This document shows, in pieces, positions 1 to 12,670 of a DNA stretch of 64,000 bases. Within the stretch, counting starts at the first letter, position 1. Each line of letters begins with the position of its first letter. The stretch lies in NCBI GenBank assembly GCA_025594325.1, contig JANHCV010000010.1, positions 868,001 through 932,000 of the forward strand. Direction: 5' to 3'. The position numbers and the translations under genes are program-made. This DNA is from Blastocladiella emersonii ATCC 22665 (taxonomy: Eukaryota > Fungi > Blastocladiomycota). The notes beneath the pieces are model-generated. The model was not told where the DNA came from. It saw nothing but the letters and a program-made list of their open reading frames with translations, and made no database searches.

Positions 1-171
1 CTCGCCGTCGTCAGCAGCAACCCGCCACCACCGCCGCCGCCGCCGGCGACGCAGCCGCAGCCCATCTCCAAAAAGCAGCGCAAGAAGGCCGCCGCCCGCA
101 GACGGAGGCTCGAGCGCGAGCAGCAACAGCACCAACAGCAACAGCAGCAGTACGCCGCCCAGTGGCAGTAG
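1..171 (+). CDS. 3' end of an unknown protein (Pro/Gln-rich, basic tail), truncated by the window edge
   Basis: Frame 1 is open from base 1 (LAVVSSNPPPPPPPPATQPQPISKKQRKKAAARRRRLEREQQQHQQQQQQYAAQWQ) to TAG at 169-171, with GC3-rich codons. Confidence 0.55.
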   Translation, partial: LAVVSSNPPPPPPPPATQPQPISKKQRKKAAARRRRLEREQQQHQQQQQQYAAQWQ

Positions 172-784
172 GCGTGTGATCTGGTACGTTCTTTCCTTCT
201 CACCCGCTTGCGCGTGCGCGCGCGTCGTGCCGCCCGTGCTCTCGAGTCGCCAAGGTGCAACCGCGGTACGTTGCTCCTCGCCTGGGTCGTCCGTCGTCGC
301 CGTGCAACTCACCACCCTCCGCGCCATGTCAACCAAGGCCGCTCGCGACCCCGAGTCCGCCCGCGTTCGCGCTACGAGTCGTTCCACCTCGCGTTCGCTA
401 AGTTCTCGCTCAACCCGCTCGTCCGCACCCTCCCTCGCCCCCCGCCGTCGTCGCTCTGCCCTCCTCGACCAACCGGATCTCGGCGCGTCGCTATCGTCGT
501 TGTCGTTGTCGTTGTGGTACTCGGCTGGCTGGCATCCGCGTCGTGCTTGTAGGTCGCTTCTCTCCCCCTCGCTCGCTCGCTTGACCGCTCGACTTGAATG
601 GTACGATCGCATTGCCCACTGTGGCCGTGCGTGCGGCCCCGTTCGCGTCGTCGTCGTTCGAGTGCACTTTTTCTCCCCTCCCTCGTCCCGCCGCCCGAAA
701 AAGATGATGATGAAAGCGGGACTCTGTTGACGATGACGAAAAGAAGACATGAAAAAAAGTATCTGTACAACAACCCCTCTTGAG

Positions 785-2386
785 CTACTCGGCCACGGCC
801 ATGGCCGGCGCGCCGCCGCCCGGCGCCACGACGTTGCTGGTCCCGCGAAGCCGGCCCTGGATATCCCCCGACCGGCGCGCCTCCCACGCGAGCCCGCACA
901 GGACGATGAGCCCGCTGCTCGTCCCCGAAATCGTATGCGCGGCGAGCGGCACCCAGAACATGAACCGGTCGTATCCCGTCATGGCGTCGCCGCGCCGGCA
1001 CCCGCCGTCGACCACGGCCGTCAGCACGTGCATCAGGTTGACCGCCGCGAAGACCAGCGACGACAGCGGGAGCACCGTGAACGTCAGCTGCATCCGGCGC
1101 ACCACCCCCGACATCAGCATCGCCTGCAGCTGCCGACGCAGCGCCGCCGTGTTCTGCGTCGTCGAGGCCGACACCGACGAGGTGCCGTGCAGGCGCGACG
1201 TCTCGTCGTCGAGCGCCGACTCGGTGCCCGGCGCGCCCGTCGCGTTGCTGTGCGAGCGCGAGCGGGAAGAGGTACGCTGCTGCGACAGCTTCTGGATCAG
1301 CGCGATCATCGACAGCCGCTGCGTCCCCGTCAGCGTGCCGCCGAGCGCCACCGACTCGCGCGGCTTGGTGAGGTCCCCAGCGGGCGCGGCGCCGGTGGTG
1401 GTGGCCGTCGCGCGGCTCGACCAGCTCGCGTCCGGCGCTGCGCCGGCGAGCAGCGGCGCGCCCGCGGAACTGCCCGGGCTCGCCGTCGAGAACCGGAGCG
1501 AGGTGCCGAGCGCCGCGGTCCCTGCGGAGCTGGCGAGCCGCGCGCTCGAATTGAGCGACGAGCCGAGGTCGGGCCCGCTCGACGCGGGGATCGCGGCGGC
1601 GCTGCTGCGCTGGATCGTGGTGCCAACGGGTTTCGCGGGGCTCTGCTGGTTCTGGTTGTGGTTGCCCTGGGTGCGGTTGGTGCCGAGGACGACGGCGACG
1701 AGCTGGTGGCCGTACAGGCCCATGAGGATGCCGAACACGGCGACGAGGAACCCCCACATGCTCCAGAGCGCCATGTGCACGCCGCGGTTGGTCGCGTCCG
1801 AGGTCGGGACACCGAGCGTGACGGCAAAGGCGACGGTGGCGACGGTCGGGACGATGGTGAACCCGAACATGAACGTGTCGAGGACGAGCGGCGGCGGCGA
1901 GGGGACGGCGAGGATCGCGCTGGTGAAGAGCGACAGCGGCGGGTGCTGCTTGGCGGTGCCGCGCAGCGTGCGTTTCGCGGACGCCGGGATCGAGTAGATG
2001 ATGCCGACCATGTACAGGATCAGCGCCGCGTACCCGACCGTGTACCGCGTGTTCTGCAGCACGTGGCCGACGAGGATCGACTCGGCACCCGCCAGCATCG
2101 ACACGTGCCACAGCAGGTCGATCACCATGAACGACGTGATGAACAGCACCAGGCACTCGGTCGGCATCGGCCGGATCCCCGGGCGGTCCGGCAGCGTCGC
2201 GAAGAACCGCTTCTTCTTGGTAATGTACTGGTACAGCAGCCACGACCCCGCCGCGATCGCGCACGTGCCCATGGCCACCGACGAACCGTGCATCCACGTC
2301 AGGATCTGCCGCGTCGACACGTCGGGGAACCCGTAGATGGTCGTTTCCCAGTGGATGCACTGCTGGAACGCTTCTTCGTGCGCCAT
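785..2386 (-). CDS. Orphan 7-TM, GPCR-like membrane protein with a long Ser/Ala-rich loop between TM5 and TM6
   Basis: 533-aa intronless ORF with five hydrophobic segments, then a low-complexity loop of about 170 aa, then two more hydrophobic segments. No family motif recognised. Confidence 0.7.
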   Translation of the reverse strand: MAHEEAFQQCIHWETTIYGFPDVSTRQILTWMHGSSVAMGTCAIAAGSWLLYQYITKKKRFFATLPDRPGIRPMPTECLVLFITSFMVIDLLWHVSMLAGAESILVGHVLQNTRYTVGYAALILYMVGIIYSIPASAKRTLRGTAKQHPPLSLFTSAILAVPSPPPLVLDTFMFGFTIVPTVATVAFAVTLGVPTSDATNRGVHMALWSMWGFLVAVFGILMGLYGHQLVAVVLGTNRTQGNHNQNQQSPAKPVGTTIQRSSAAAIPASSGPDLGSSLNSSARLASSAGTAALGTSLRFSTASPGSSAGAPLLAGAAPDASWSSRATATTTGAAPAGDLTKPRESVALGGTLTGTQRLSMIALIQKLSQQRTSSRSRSHSNATGAPGTESALDDETSRLHGTSSVSASTTQNTAALRRQLQAMLMSGVVRRMQLTFTVLPLSSLVFAAVNLMHVLTAVVDGGCRRGDAMTGYDRFMFWVPLAAHTISGTSSGLIVLCGLAWEARRSGDIQGRLRGTSNVVAPGGGAPAMAVAE

Positions 2387-2804
2387 GATGATGGTTTCCG
2401 GTCTAGTCTATCGTGTAGTGGGGAAGTTGGATCGGGCGAAAGAAGAGCCCGAGCTCTGTCCCCGCCACGACGGCCATTTTCCTTGGCACTGCCTGGGCAC
2501 GATATCCATGGTTTCGGTGGATCCATTGCACCGACTCCGTCCGTGGTCTCTTTGAACGTTGCGTGCGAGGGAAGGAGTCGCTCTTTGACGCGCTTGCCGA
2601 GAGCCGCTGTGGCGCGGCGCGTCCGTCGACAGCCCGAGCATCAGGTGACCCGTGCGAGACGCGTTTGTCTCGCACGCTCTCGACTCTGCACGATCATGTG
2701 TCCCAAAAGTCGAGCAATACGTTGCATCATGAAACCAGCCGATGCAACCTCCATCCGTCTTGACCTCACACTCAAGACGTCACACACACTGAATGCAATG
2801 CACC

Positions 2805-3652
2805 ATGCCTGAACCCGTCGCCCTTACCAACTCGTTCGCCGTGGCGCCCGGCCACCAGCTCACCGATGACGAGCTCATCGAGCGGCTCAAGATCCGCTAC
2901 TACACGCCGGCCGAGGTGTTCGCGCACCGGCACCAGGACGACGTCTGGGTGTCGTGGCTCGGCCACGTCTACGACCTGACGCCGCTCATCAAGACCTACT
3001 ACGGTACATACCATTCCCTCGGCTCTATAGCCGACGAGCTGACGCCTCAGTCCCTAGGCGACCCGCGCCTCGTCCCGATCATCCAGAACGCGGGGCAGGA
3101 CATCTCGCACTGGTTCGATGCGGCGACGGGCGACCTCGCGATGCGCACCGACCCGCGCACGGGGCTGCGCGTGCCCGTGTGCCCGGACGGCGTCCCCGTG
3201 CACGTCCCCGACGTGACGCAGGTCCGCGCCGAGCTCGCGTGGGAGGTGAGCGTGCCGTGGTGGCTCGACCACGCCAAGTACCGCATCGGCCGGCTCTCGC
3301 GCAAGACGCGCCGCGTGCGCATCGTCAACACGCTCAATGGCGACGAGACGCAGCTTGAGGTACGTCGCGTGGGCTTGTGGGTACGCCGACGGAGTACTGA
3401 TTTGCGTGCCCGCGAGCGTAGATTTGCACCGAGGAGCCGATCCAGGCGATCGTGCAGCGGTACCTGGCCTTCAACGCGCACGCCAAGGCGTACACGTGGA
3501 AGTACCTCGGGCGCGTGCTCGACCTGTCGGCGACGTTTGCCGAGAACGGGATCCCCGACGAGTCGGCCGAGCTCGAGCGCATCGGGATCAACGAGCAGGA
3601 CTGGCTGCCCGCCCTGTTCCTGTACTTTTCCGACGACCTGACGGTCGCGTAA
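2805..3652 (+). CDS. CYB5D1: Cytochrome b5 domain-containing protein 1 (flagellar CYB5D1-like)
   Basis: Motifs RYYTPAEV..H...DVWVSWLGHVYDLTPLI, AGQDISHWFD, PWW....Y.IG.LS.KTR.VRIVNTL and RYL.FN.HA..YTWKY. Introns 3004-3057 and 3360-3421 restore the frame. Confidence 0.9.
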
Positions 3653-3707
3653 CCCCGGGGAGGAGTGATCGTGTACAGTATGCATGTATGAATGAATTTG
3701 TCGACGG

Positions 3708-6700
3708 CTAGAGCCCCTTGAGCGCAATTGCAATCTTCTTCTTGGCGTACTCGCGCGCGGGCGCCCACGACCCGGCCACCGACACGACGAGCGCCAGCAC
3801 CACGACCGTCGTGTACAGGCCCGTCGGGAAGTTGAACGAGAAGGGCATCTCCGTGAACAGGTTGAACTGCAGCGTCAGCGTGACGGCGGTGACGATCCCG
3901 ATGGTCGTGCCCAGCAGGATCGTCGCCAGCACGATGGCTACCGCCTCGTAGATGTACAGGCGGATCACGGTGCCCGCCTACACGACGCGCGAAGGAGCGT
4001 GAGTGCGCTGTCGGGGGACAGGCAAGAGCGTGAGGACTTACGTCGAGGCCAATGGCGCGCAACACGCCAAACTCCCACGCGTTCTCGCGCAGGTTGGCCG
4101 TGAACGAGAGCCACAGGACAAAGAACGAGAGCAGAATCCCGACGAACGCGACTACACACACGAGCGCATCGTCAGTGCCCGTGCCCTACACACCCATCGC
4201 GCCCACCAAACGTACCAATGTAGAACAGCACGTTGATGAAGAACGCAGCGAGCGCCGTCGACTGGAGCTGGTAGTTGAGGTTATCGACCGTGACCTTGTC
4301 GTCGCCGATCGCCGTGTTGAGCTCGTTGATGAACCCCTCGATCTGCAGCGGCGACATGCCCGCGCGCAGCCGGACCAGCGCCGACTGCTTGGGCACGCGG
4401 AGGTCCGTGTCGGGCAGCACCCGCAGTACCGCCGGGCTGACCTTCCCCGGCGCTGCGACGCTCGTCGCCGCCGACACGTTGGTCCCGGCCCACGCGTCGA
4501 TCTCGCGCAGCAGGCGCGCGTAGTGGTCCATGGACACGAGCAGCGGCGATCGGTTCGACGTGAGCCGCGAGATCCCCGTCAAGCTGGGCACCTTGCGCGC
4601 GACGGCGAGCGGGCGCGACAGCTGGCTGCGCGTGGTCGTCCACACCGAGTTGGTCGGCTTGTAGTCGATCTGCAGCACGCAGTTGGTCAGCGCGCCAATG
4701 TACGCGCGGTTCGCGAGCGCCTCGCTGATCACCACGGGCAGCACGTCCCGGTACGCGTCCGTCTGGTTGACCTGCGCCGCGAGCGTGTCGGCCGCGCGCG
4801 CGATGCGGGGCGCCGGCGCCGCGATCGGTTTGCGCGACCCCGCGGTGCTCGGCGCGGGCACCAGTGTGCCGTTCAGTTCCGCGGGCACGCGCCATGGGGA
4901 TACGCCGTCGAGGACGCGGACCGGGATGTAGTACTTGGTCAACGCCACGTCCAGGAAGTTGGCGTGGATCCCCATGACGCGCACCGACGGGCTGCTGAGC
5001 GACGCCATGGGCGCGTACCGCGTGCCCGTCACCGGGTAGTAGCTCGTCAGCGGGAACGTCAGGTACGTGAACCCGGCGACCGCCGTCGAGCTGGCCAGGA
5101 AGTTGGACACGCGCGCCTCGGGCAGCGGCCGCGCGAAGCTGACGCCGTCGATCGAGATGTCCGCGCCGTAGTTCCACTCGAGCGTCTCGGACAGCGTGTC
5201 CGCCTGGAGCCGGAACATGACCGCGGCGAAGATGATGTACGCCAGGCAGAGCGTGAACATGAGGGCGGTTTTCCCGTTCCTCTTCACGTGCGCCGAGAGG
5301 TTCTTGGCCACCACGTCCATGACGTACCGGTCGCGCGTGCAGACCATGACGATGCGCATCGCGACCAGCTCGAGCAGGTGCTGGAGGACCTGGCCAATGA
5401 GCACCTGGCCGACGACCATGGCGAGCAGGATCACCGTCAGGATGCGGAAGAAGAGCCCGAGGTTACCGAACGTGAACGACAGCGGGATCACGTAGTACAC
5501 GAGGAACCCGATCACCACGAACAGCAGCGCGACCACCGTCTCGCCGAGGTTGATCCCGACGTCGCGCAGCCGCGAAATCGTCACGACCGAGTCGAACACC
5601 ACGTTGTGGTACACGTCCAGCGCATCGCGCAAAGTCTGCGATAGCGCACGCCGGATCGGGACCAGCATGCCCAGCACGGGCAGGACCAGGCCCAGCACGA
5701 GGCCCAGCGACCACGCCGTCGTGTCGAGGCCCAGCGCGATGGGCACCGACGCGAACGTGCTGAGAATGTACTCGACGGGGACGTAGAAGACTACACACGG
5801 TCGCGATGTTAGTGCATCTCGCGTGAGGTCCGAGAGAGCGGATCGGCCGTACCGAGGCACACAATCAGACCGAGGACGATGCCGGGGATCGAATAGTAGA
5901 GCGACTGGATCATCAGGAGCCCAATGAGACTGGCCTGCTGCATGCCGAGGGACCGGAGCATGCCGTACTCAAACGTCTTCTCCTCGACGTCGGCGAGCAG
6001 CAGCGCGTAGATGAGCAGGACTGCGAGCAGCGACAGCACCGCGATCACCGTGAAGAAGATCTCGTTCATGAAGATCTGGATGAACTGGGTCCCCTTGAGC
6101 GCCTGGTTGAGCACATCGAGCACGTCCGCCGGGTAGTCGAGCCCGAGCGCCACCGCCATGGCGTCCGTCACCCGCACGAACGCGCGCTGCCGGTCGACCG
6201 ACGCGCCCGTGTACACGGCGACGCGGTCCTTGATGATGGCCACCATCGACATGGCGTAGTCGGCGAGCCGGAACCCCCGCACGTCGGCCACGGTCAGGTT
6301 GAGCGACTGCGACAGCACCGGGTTCGCGGCGATCTGCGCGGCCGCCCGCTTCAGCAGCACCTCGGTCGGCGCCCGGTCGAGCACGATCACGTTGCCCAGC
6401 GCCTGCGGGTACTTGCCCTGCGGCTTGTCGATGGCGTCGACGATCGTGAACTCCTGGCTCAGCGTCGTCAGCTGGCTCACGTTGTTGTTGGTCGCCGTGT
6501 TTAGCATCAGCTGGTACTGGCCGTCGGGCAGCTGCGTCGCGCCGGCGAGAAGCTGTGCGCGCGGCACGCCGAGGACGAGCGACAGCTGGTCGACTTGCGC
6601 CGAGGTCAGCGTCACGGTCGTGTTGCCGACGTTGGCCGCGGCCGTCGTGTTCGCCTACACACAGCTCGAGAGTCAGCAGCGGATCGGCAAGAGGGCCGCG

Positions 6701-8215
6701 CAGCACGTACACCGAGAAACGCAGCGAGATCAAGCCGAATCCCGAGCCGGTCGCCGCGATTCGGCCGCTTGCGGAGGGACCGCAGCAGCGAGCCCGTGAC
6801 GTGGGCCTCGCCGTCGCCGAGCGCGCGGTGGGGCCACGCGACGCCGACGCCGATCTGCTCCTCGAGCGACGAGTCGATGACGAGCAGGTACGCCGACGCG
6901 GCGACGGGGTCCGTGACGGACGGGTCCCAGTTGTCGGACGCGGGGCTGGTGACATTGACGGGGATCAGCCACCGTGGGACCGCGCCCTGCAGGCTCGCGA
7001 CGGACGCGAGCGACGCGTTCGCGCTCGTGTAGTTGAGGAACGGGCGGGTCATGTTGGTAGGTGTCAGGAGCAGGTCGTATTGGCCGACCTGTTAAGCGGG
7101 GCGGGCGTCAGTTGCGGGTCGAAATGACGGGGAGGGAATAGCCGTACCGTGTCCTCAGAGAGCTTGACAAACACGATGGACGAGCGCACGAGCGCGTTCT
7201 GGACCAGGGTGAGGAAGAAGACGACGAGGAACACGGTCAGGAGCCCGATCACAAACGAGCGGTAGTTGCGGCGGTTGTTGGCGAGCACGTAGTCGGCCGA
7301 CAGCTTGATGGACCCGAGGTGGTTGCCGAGCCGTGTCCGCCAGTGGGATAATCTCCCCGCCGCCGAAGGTGCGGTCGCGTCGATGTGCGGTTCGGCCGGG
7401 GAAGGCGGAAGCAGCGGTTTGGAAGGCGAGGATGGCGACGTCGTGGGCGCGGGCGAGAGCGGGCTCATGGGGTACTGCTGCGTGCTGCTCGTTGCTGCCG
7501 ATTTCCGCGTCGTGGAAGCCGAAGGGTATGGCGGTGCGCTTGGTGCGGTCGGTGGAAGTGGAGCGGGCCGTGGTGGTGGTGGTGGCTCGTCAACGTCGAT
7601 GAGGCGAACGGGCGACCGCAGCAGCAGCTCAGGGTGCGACTGCCGCTTTCGGGACGGCGAGGGTCCAGGTTGCGACTGTGGTGGTGGTGGAATGTAGAAC
7701 GGGTTTGGCGGAGCCGTGGCACCCGCGCTGTCGGGCGGAAGCGCAATGAGCGGGCTCTGGAGCGGGGTGGGCCACGCCGGAGCGACACCGGGAAGCAGCG
7801 GGTGGACAGCATGTTTCGGCGGGCTGTCGGTGCCGGCAGAAGAAGTCCGGGTGTGCACGGCAGACGCGGCGCGCGGCGACGAAAACGAGTGTGCCTGGCG
7901 GTTGTGCCGCGACTTGCGCGGCGGCGGGATCGAGTCCGCATTCACGGTGATCGGGGTCACCGGAGCTGGCAGCGAGAAGGGCGGCGCGACGATGGCGCCG
8001 TCGCTCTGCCGGCCAGGTAGCGCAGCGGCGGTCGGTTGGAGGGAAGGCGACCCGGTCCGACCAGCCGACCCACCCGAGCTGTCCAGCGGGCCCGGGAACG
8101 CCGAGCGGACCGAGACATACGAGCTCGTGACAGTGTGCGTGCGCGACGCGGGGCGCGGCTGGGCCGTGACGTCGCCCATCTCGCCCGAGGCCTGGCGCGT
8201 GTGTGGCTGCGACAT
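3708..8215 (-). CDS. FtsX/MacB-type ABC permease-like protein (two FtsX domains) with a long Pro/Ser-rich N-terminus
   Basis: Two FtsX-type motifs, EEKTFEYGMLRSLG and ENAWEFGVLRAIG, each followed by TM helices, with large extracellular loops. Five GT-AG introns (7089-7147, 6655-6710, 5791-5852, 4152-4215, 3978-4041) join the ORF pieces in frame. Confidence 0.85.
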
Positions 8216-8733
8216 TTTATTCCATCCGATGCATGGGGTGCGGGCCGTAGGCGGGCAACGGTGGGTGCGCGCGCACAAGGCGCGATCGGCGCGCCGCGCG
8301 ACGCGTCTCGCGCCCTGGAGCGCGTCTGTCACGTGGGGCGGCCGCCACGGGCCTCGGGGGAATCGGGGTGCCACGTATCGCGGTCGTCGCCACAGGGCAC
8401 GGGCGGGTGACGGGAGTGGCGGGCGGCGGCGGATCGTCTCGCGGCGCACGCGTGCCTCTGGGCGCCCTCAGCGACCTTCGCCGCCGCCGCCCACCCGCCG
8501 CCGCCCGACGCCCACGGTCCCTCCCCCGCGCGCCCTTGGGACCTCCCCTCTCTCTCTTCTGTTCGGCATCCCGCACCAGACCCCGCCCCGGGACTGCACT
8601 CGCTCGCTACGGATCAACACCGCTACCACGCTGACCGCCACGAACACGACGACGACGAATCCCTTGCTCGCTCTGCTTCCCTCGTAACACCACCTGCCAC
8701 CTCCCACGGACTACGCGTAACACATCTGCCACC

Positions 8734-10249
8734 ATGTCGTGTACGTGATCTGCCGCGCATGCTGGCGCGCCGTACCACACACTCGTCCGAGAGCGCTCAC
8801 ACGCGACGCCCCTCCGCCCCGCCCGTAGTCCGCTTCCTCCACCTCATCCGGCCGTTCATGTCGGTGCTGCCCGAGGTCTCGGCCCCGGAGCGCAAGGTCC
8901 CGTTCCAGCAGAAGGTGCTGTGGACCGCCGTGACGCTCTTCATCTTCCTCGTGTGCTCGCAGATCCCGCTCTACGGCATCACGTCGTCGGGCTCGTCGGA
9001 CCCGCTCTACTGGATGCGCGTCATCCTCGCCTCCAACCGCGGCACCCTCATGGAGCTCGGTATTACCCCGATCATCACCTCGGGCATGATCATGCAGCTG
9101 CTCGCCGGCGCCAACATCATCGAGGTCGACTACTCGGTCAAGGAGGACCGCGCCCTCTTCAACGGCGCCCAGAAGCTGTTTGCCCTGCTCATCACCTTTG
9201 GCCAGGCCGCCGTCCAGGTCATGTCTGGCTTCTACGGCCCGCCCTCGGACCTCGGCGCCGGCATCTGCGTCCTGCTCATCCTCCAGCTCGTCATTGCCGG
9301 CATGATCGTCATCCTCCTCGACGAGCTGCTCCAGAAGGGCTACGGCCTCGGCTCGGGCATCTCGCTCTTCATCGCCACCAACATCTGCGAGACCATTGTG
9401 TGGAAGGCCTTCTCGCCCACCACCGTCAACACGGGCCGCGGGCCCGAGTTCGAGGGCGCCATCATCTCGCTGTTCCACCTGCTCCTCACCCGCTCCGACA
9501 AGTTCCGCGCCCTCAAGGAGGCGCTGTACCGCCCGCACCTGCCCAACGTCATGAACCTGCTCGCCACGGTCCTCGTCTTCGGCGTCGTCATCTACCTGCA
9601 GGGCTGGCGCGTCGAGATCCCCGTCAAGTCGACCCGCGTCCAGGGCCAGACGGGCTCGTACCCGATCAAGCTCTTCTACACGTCCAACATGCCCATCATG
9701 CTCCAGTCCACGCTCGTCTCCAACATCTTCATGATCTCGCAGCTGCTGCACTCGCGCTTCCCCGACAACTTTGTCGTGCGCCTGCTCGGCGTCTGGAAGC
9801 CCTTCGAGGGCTCATCGCAGTTTGTCGCCACCTCGGGCCTCGCCTACTACCTGACCCCGCCCCAGTCCATCACCTCGGCCCTCATGGACCCGATCCACTT
9901 TGCCCTGTACACGGCCATCCTGCTCTCGGCCTGCGCCCTCCTCTCCAAGGCCTGGATCGAGGTCTCGGGCTCCTCGCCCCGCGACGTTGCCCGCCAGCTC
10001 AAGGACCAGCAGCTCGTCATCCGCGGCTACCGCGACACCACCATGTACAAGGAGCTCAAGCGCGTCATCCCGACCGCCGCCATGCTCGGCGGCCTCTGCA
10101 TCGGCCTCCTGTCCGTCTCGGCCGACCTCCTCGGCGCTATCGGCTCCGGCACCGGGATCCTCCTCGCCGTCACCATCATCTACCAGTACTTTGAGATCTT
10201 TGTCAAGGAGCAGATGGAGGCCGGCGCCGGCTTCGACGCTGCCCAGTAA
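8734..10249 (+). CDS. SEC61: Protein translocon subunit Sec61 alpha
   Basis: [12 protein letters not shown] after removing intron 8741-8828. Then [50 protein letters not shown] and [10 protein letters not shown]. Confidence 0.97.
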
Positions 10250-10351
10250 GTGTTGTAGCATCACCTCATTCGTTTTTGTCATCTTTTCCCCCCTCCTATC
10301 ATCGTCATCAAATATCAAGTATTGTCCAATCATCATTATCACCAGTCCTCC

Positions 10352-12670
10352 TCAGACGCCCTTGCCCGCACCACCGCTGCCGCTGCCGCCGCCGTGCTTG
10401 TGCATGCGCTGCTGCAGCCGCGCGATCGTGGACGACAGCGCATCCGTCGACCCCGCGTCGTACCCGGCACCCGTCGCCGCGACCTTGCGCGCCGGCGACG
10501 TGACCCCGACCATCCCCGCGACGGGCGACCCCGGCCGACTAACAGCCGCCGTCGCCGACGCAACCGCGACCGCCGCCCGCACACCGAGCTCGACCTCAAG
10601 CGCGCGCTTCTCGGCCGTCGCCGCGGCCGCCGCATCGCGCGCCGCCGCCACCTCGCGCTGCGCGTCCATGACGCTCTGCATCCACTGTGCCGCCTCGGCG
10701 CGGCGTCTTGCCTGCTCCTCGGCGAGCGCCGCGCGGTCCGCGTCGCGCTCGGCGACCGCGCGCGCCAGCTCGTTGCGCACCGCCGCCAGCTCCGCGGCCG
10801 CGCCCGCCGACTCGCGCCGTGCCGCGCGCTCGTGCTCGAGCAGCTTCTTGCACATGGCCAGGTCGCCCGCGACGCGCGCGTGCGCCGCGCGCACGTTCGC
10901 GAGTTCCGCGGCGGACGTCGCGGACTCGGCACGGGCTACGTCCCGCGCGGAAATCGCGGACTCGGTCTCGGCGCGCGCCGCGTCGAGCTGCCCCGCGTAC
11001 CGCGTCTCGGCCGTGGCGGCGCCCGAGGTCGCCGCCTCGAGCCGGTCCGCGAGCGCCGCCAAGTCGGCCCGTGCGGCATCACGCTCCGCCAGTGTCTCGG
11101 CGAGCGACGCGCGGGTCTGGGTGAGCGCCGCGTCGAGGTCCGCGCACTGCACGCGGAGCCCCGCGAGGTCCGTGTTTGCAGCCGCCGTCGCCTCGGCCGC
11201 CGCGCGCGTCGCTGCCTGCACGCCCTCCGCGACGCGCGCGAGCCATGCGACCACGTGCTCGGCGACCGTCTCGTCCTCGGAGTCGTGTGCCGCGTCGAGA
11301 TCGAGCGCGGAGAGTCCGACGGCGCGAGCCGGGTCCGCCAGGAGCGAGGCCGCGCGGCGCCATAGCTCACGCGTCGCGACACGCGCGGCAGCCGCCGCCG
11401 AGAGTTTCGCGGACTGTGCAGCGAGCTCGCGCTCCAGGTCCGCGACCTGGTCCGTGTGCGCCGCGGCCGAGTCGCGGATCGTCGCGGCGACGCGCTGCGC
11501 GTCGGCGAGAGCGGACTCCAGGTCGCGCACGCGGTGCTGCCACGTCGCTGTCTCCCGGCGTGCCGCGTCGAGGTCGGCTTCGCGCGCGGTGAGCGCCGCG
11601 TGGAGCTACGTTAGGGTGATGGTTAGTGCGGATCGCGATGACGCGATGACGAAAGAACGAACCTTCTTCTCGACCTGCCGCATCTTCTCGGCCACGGCGA
11701 CCGCTCGCGCCGTCTCGTCCTTGCTGCTGTTGACTTTGGCGGAGAGCGCCGCCATCTCGCGCTCGTGCCGCGCAACGAGCCGCTGCAGGTCCGCCGCGCG
11801 CCGCTCCCGGTCCTCGACCGTCTTGAGCAGCCGGTCGTTCTCTGTGTGCGCGGCCGCGAGGAGTGCCGACAGGGACTGCGCCGTCGTGGCCGCGTGCGCG
11901 ACGTGGTCGAGGAGCGCCTACGGGATGGCGCCGTGTGAGGGATCGGGGACGAAATTGGGATGCGAAAGAGCGGAGTGTACCTTCTTGTCGCGCTCGAGCT
12001 TGGCCGTGTACCGCTTGCGGTGCATCTCGTCGACGGGCAGCGCCGCCGGATGATGCTGGTGCTGGTGCGCGTGCCCGACCGACGGCGTCACGGTCTCAGC
12101 GGGACTCGCCGCCATCTCCGTGACGAGCGGAGACGCAGGCATCGACGCCGGCCGGCTCGTTCCCGCCGCCGCCGCCGTCGCCGTCGCAACGGTACGCTGC
12201 GACGCGCTACGCGAGACGCCCGCCGAGGGCGGCGACGAGCCGTAGTGTGCGCCACCCTCGCTGTACCGATGACTCCGGCGCGCGGGCGCCATTGGCGCCG
12301 GCGCGTACTCGGGCCGCGGCGACGGCGAGCGCGGGCGGCTGATCGGCGACGGGGACCGCGGCGGCGGGGTCGGCGGGGACGGAGACCGTGTGCGTGTCGT
12401 GCCGTCGTCGGCGCTCGGCATGCGGAACCCGCGGCGCGAGGTCGGCGACGCGGATCGCGGGCGCGGGGGGTGCGCGTAGCCGCCGAGGAACGAGGTCGTG
12501 GGACGGAGCAGGTAGTCGAGGAGCGCCTCGTCGTCGCCGTCGGCGGCGGAGTCGGTGTCCTCGTCGTCGTCGCGCGAGGTGCGGATGGCCGTCGGCGGCG
12601 GCGGGGCATCGGCGCCACCACCGCGCGCCGCGCGGCGCGGCGTCGGCCGGATGTGCGGCGATGAGTGCAT
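10352..12670 (-). CDS. Unknown coiled-coil protein with a disordered Pro/Ser-rich N-terminus
   Basis: ORFs 11918-12694 and 10352-11530 join in frame through introns 11918-11980 and 11606-11662. Long Ala/Glu/Arg heptad stretches. The start codon is uncertain. Confidence 0.75.
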
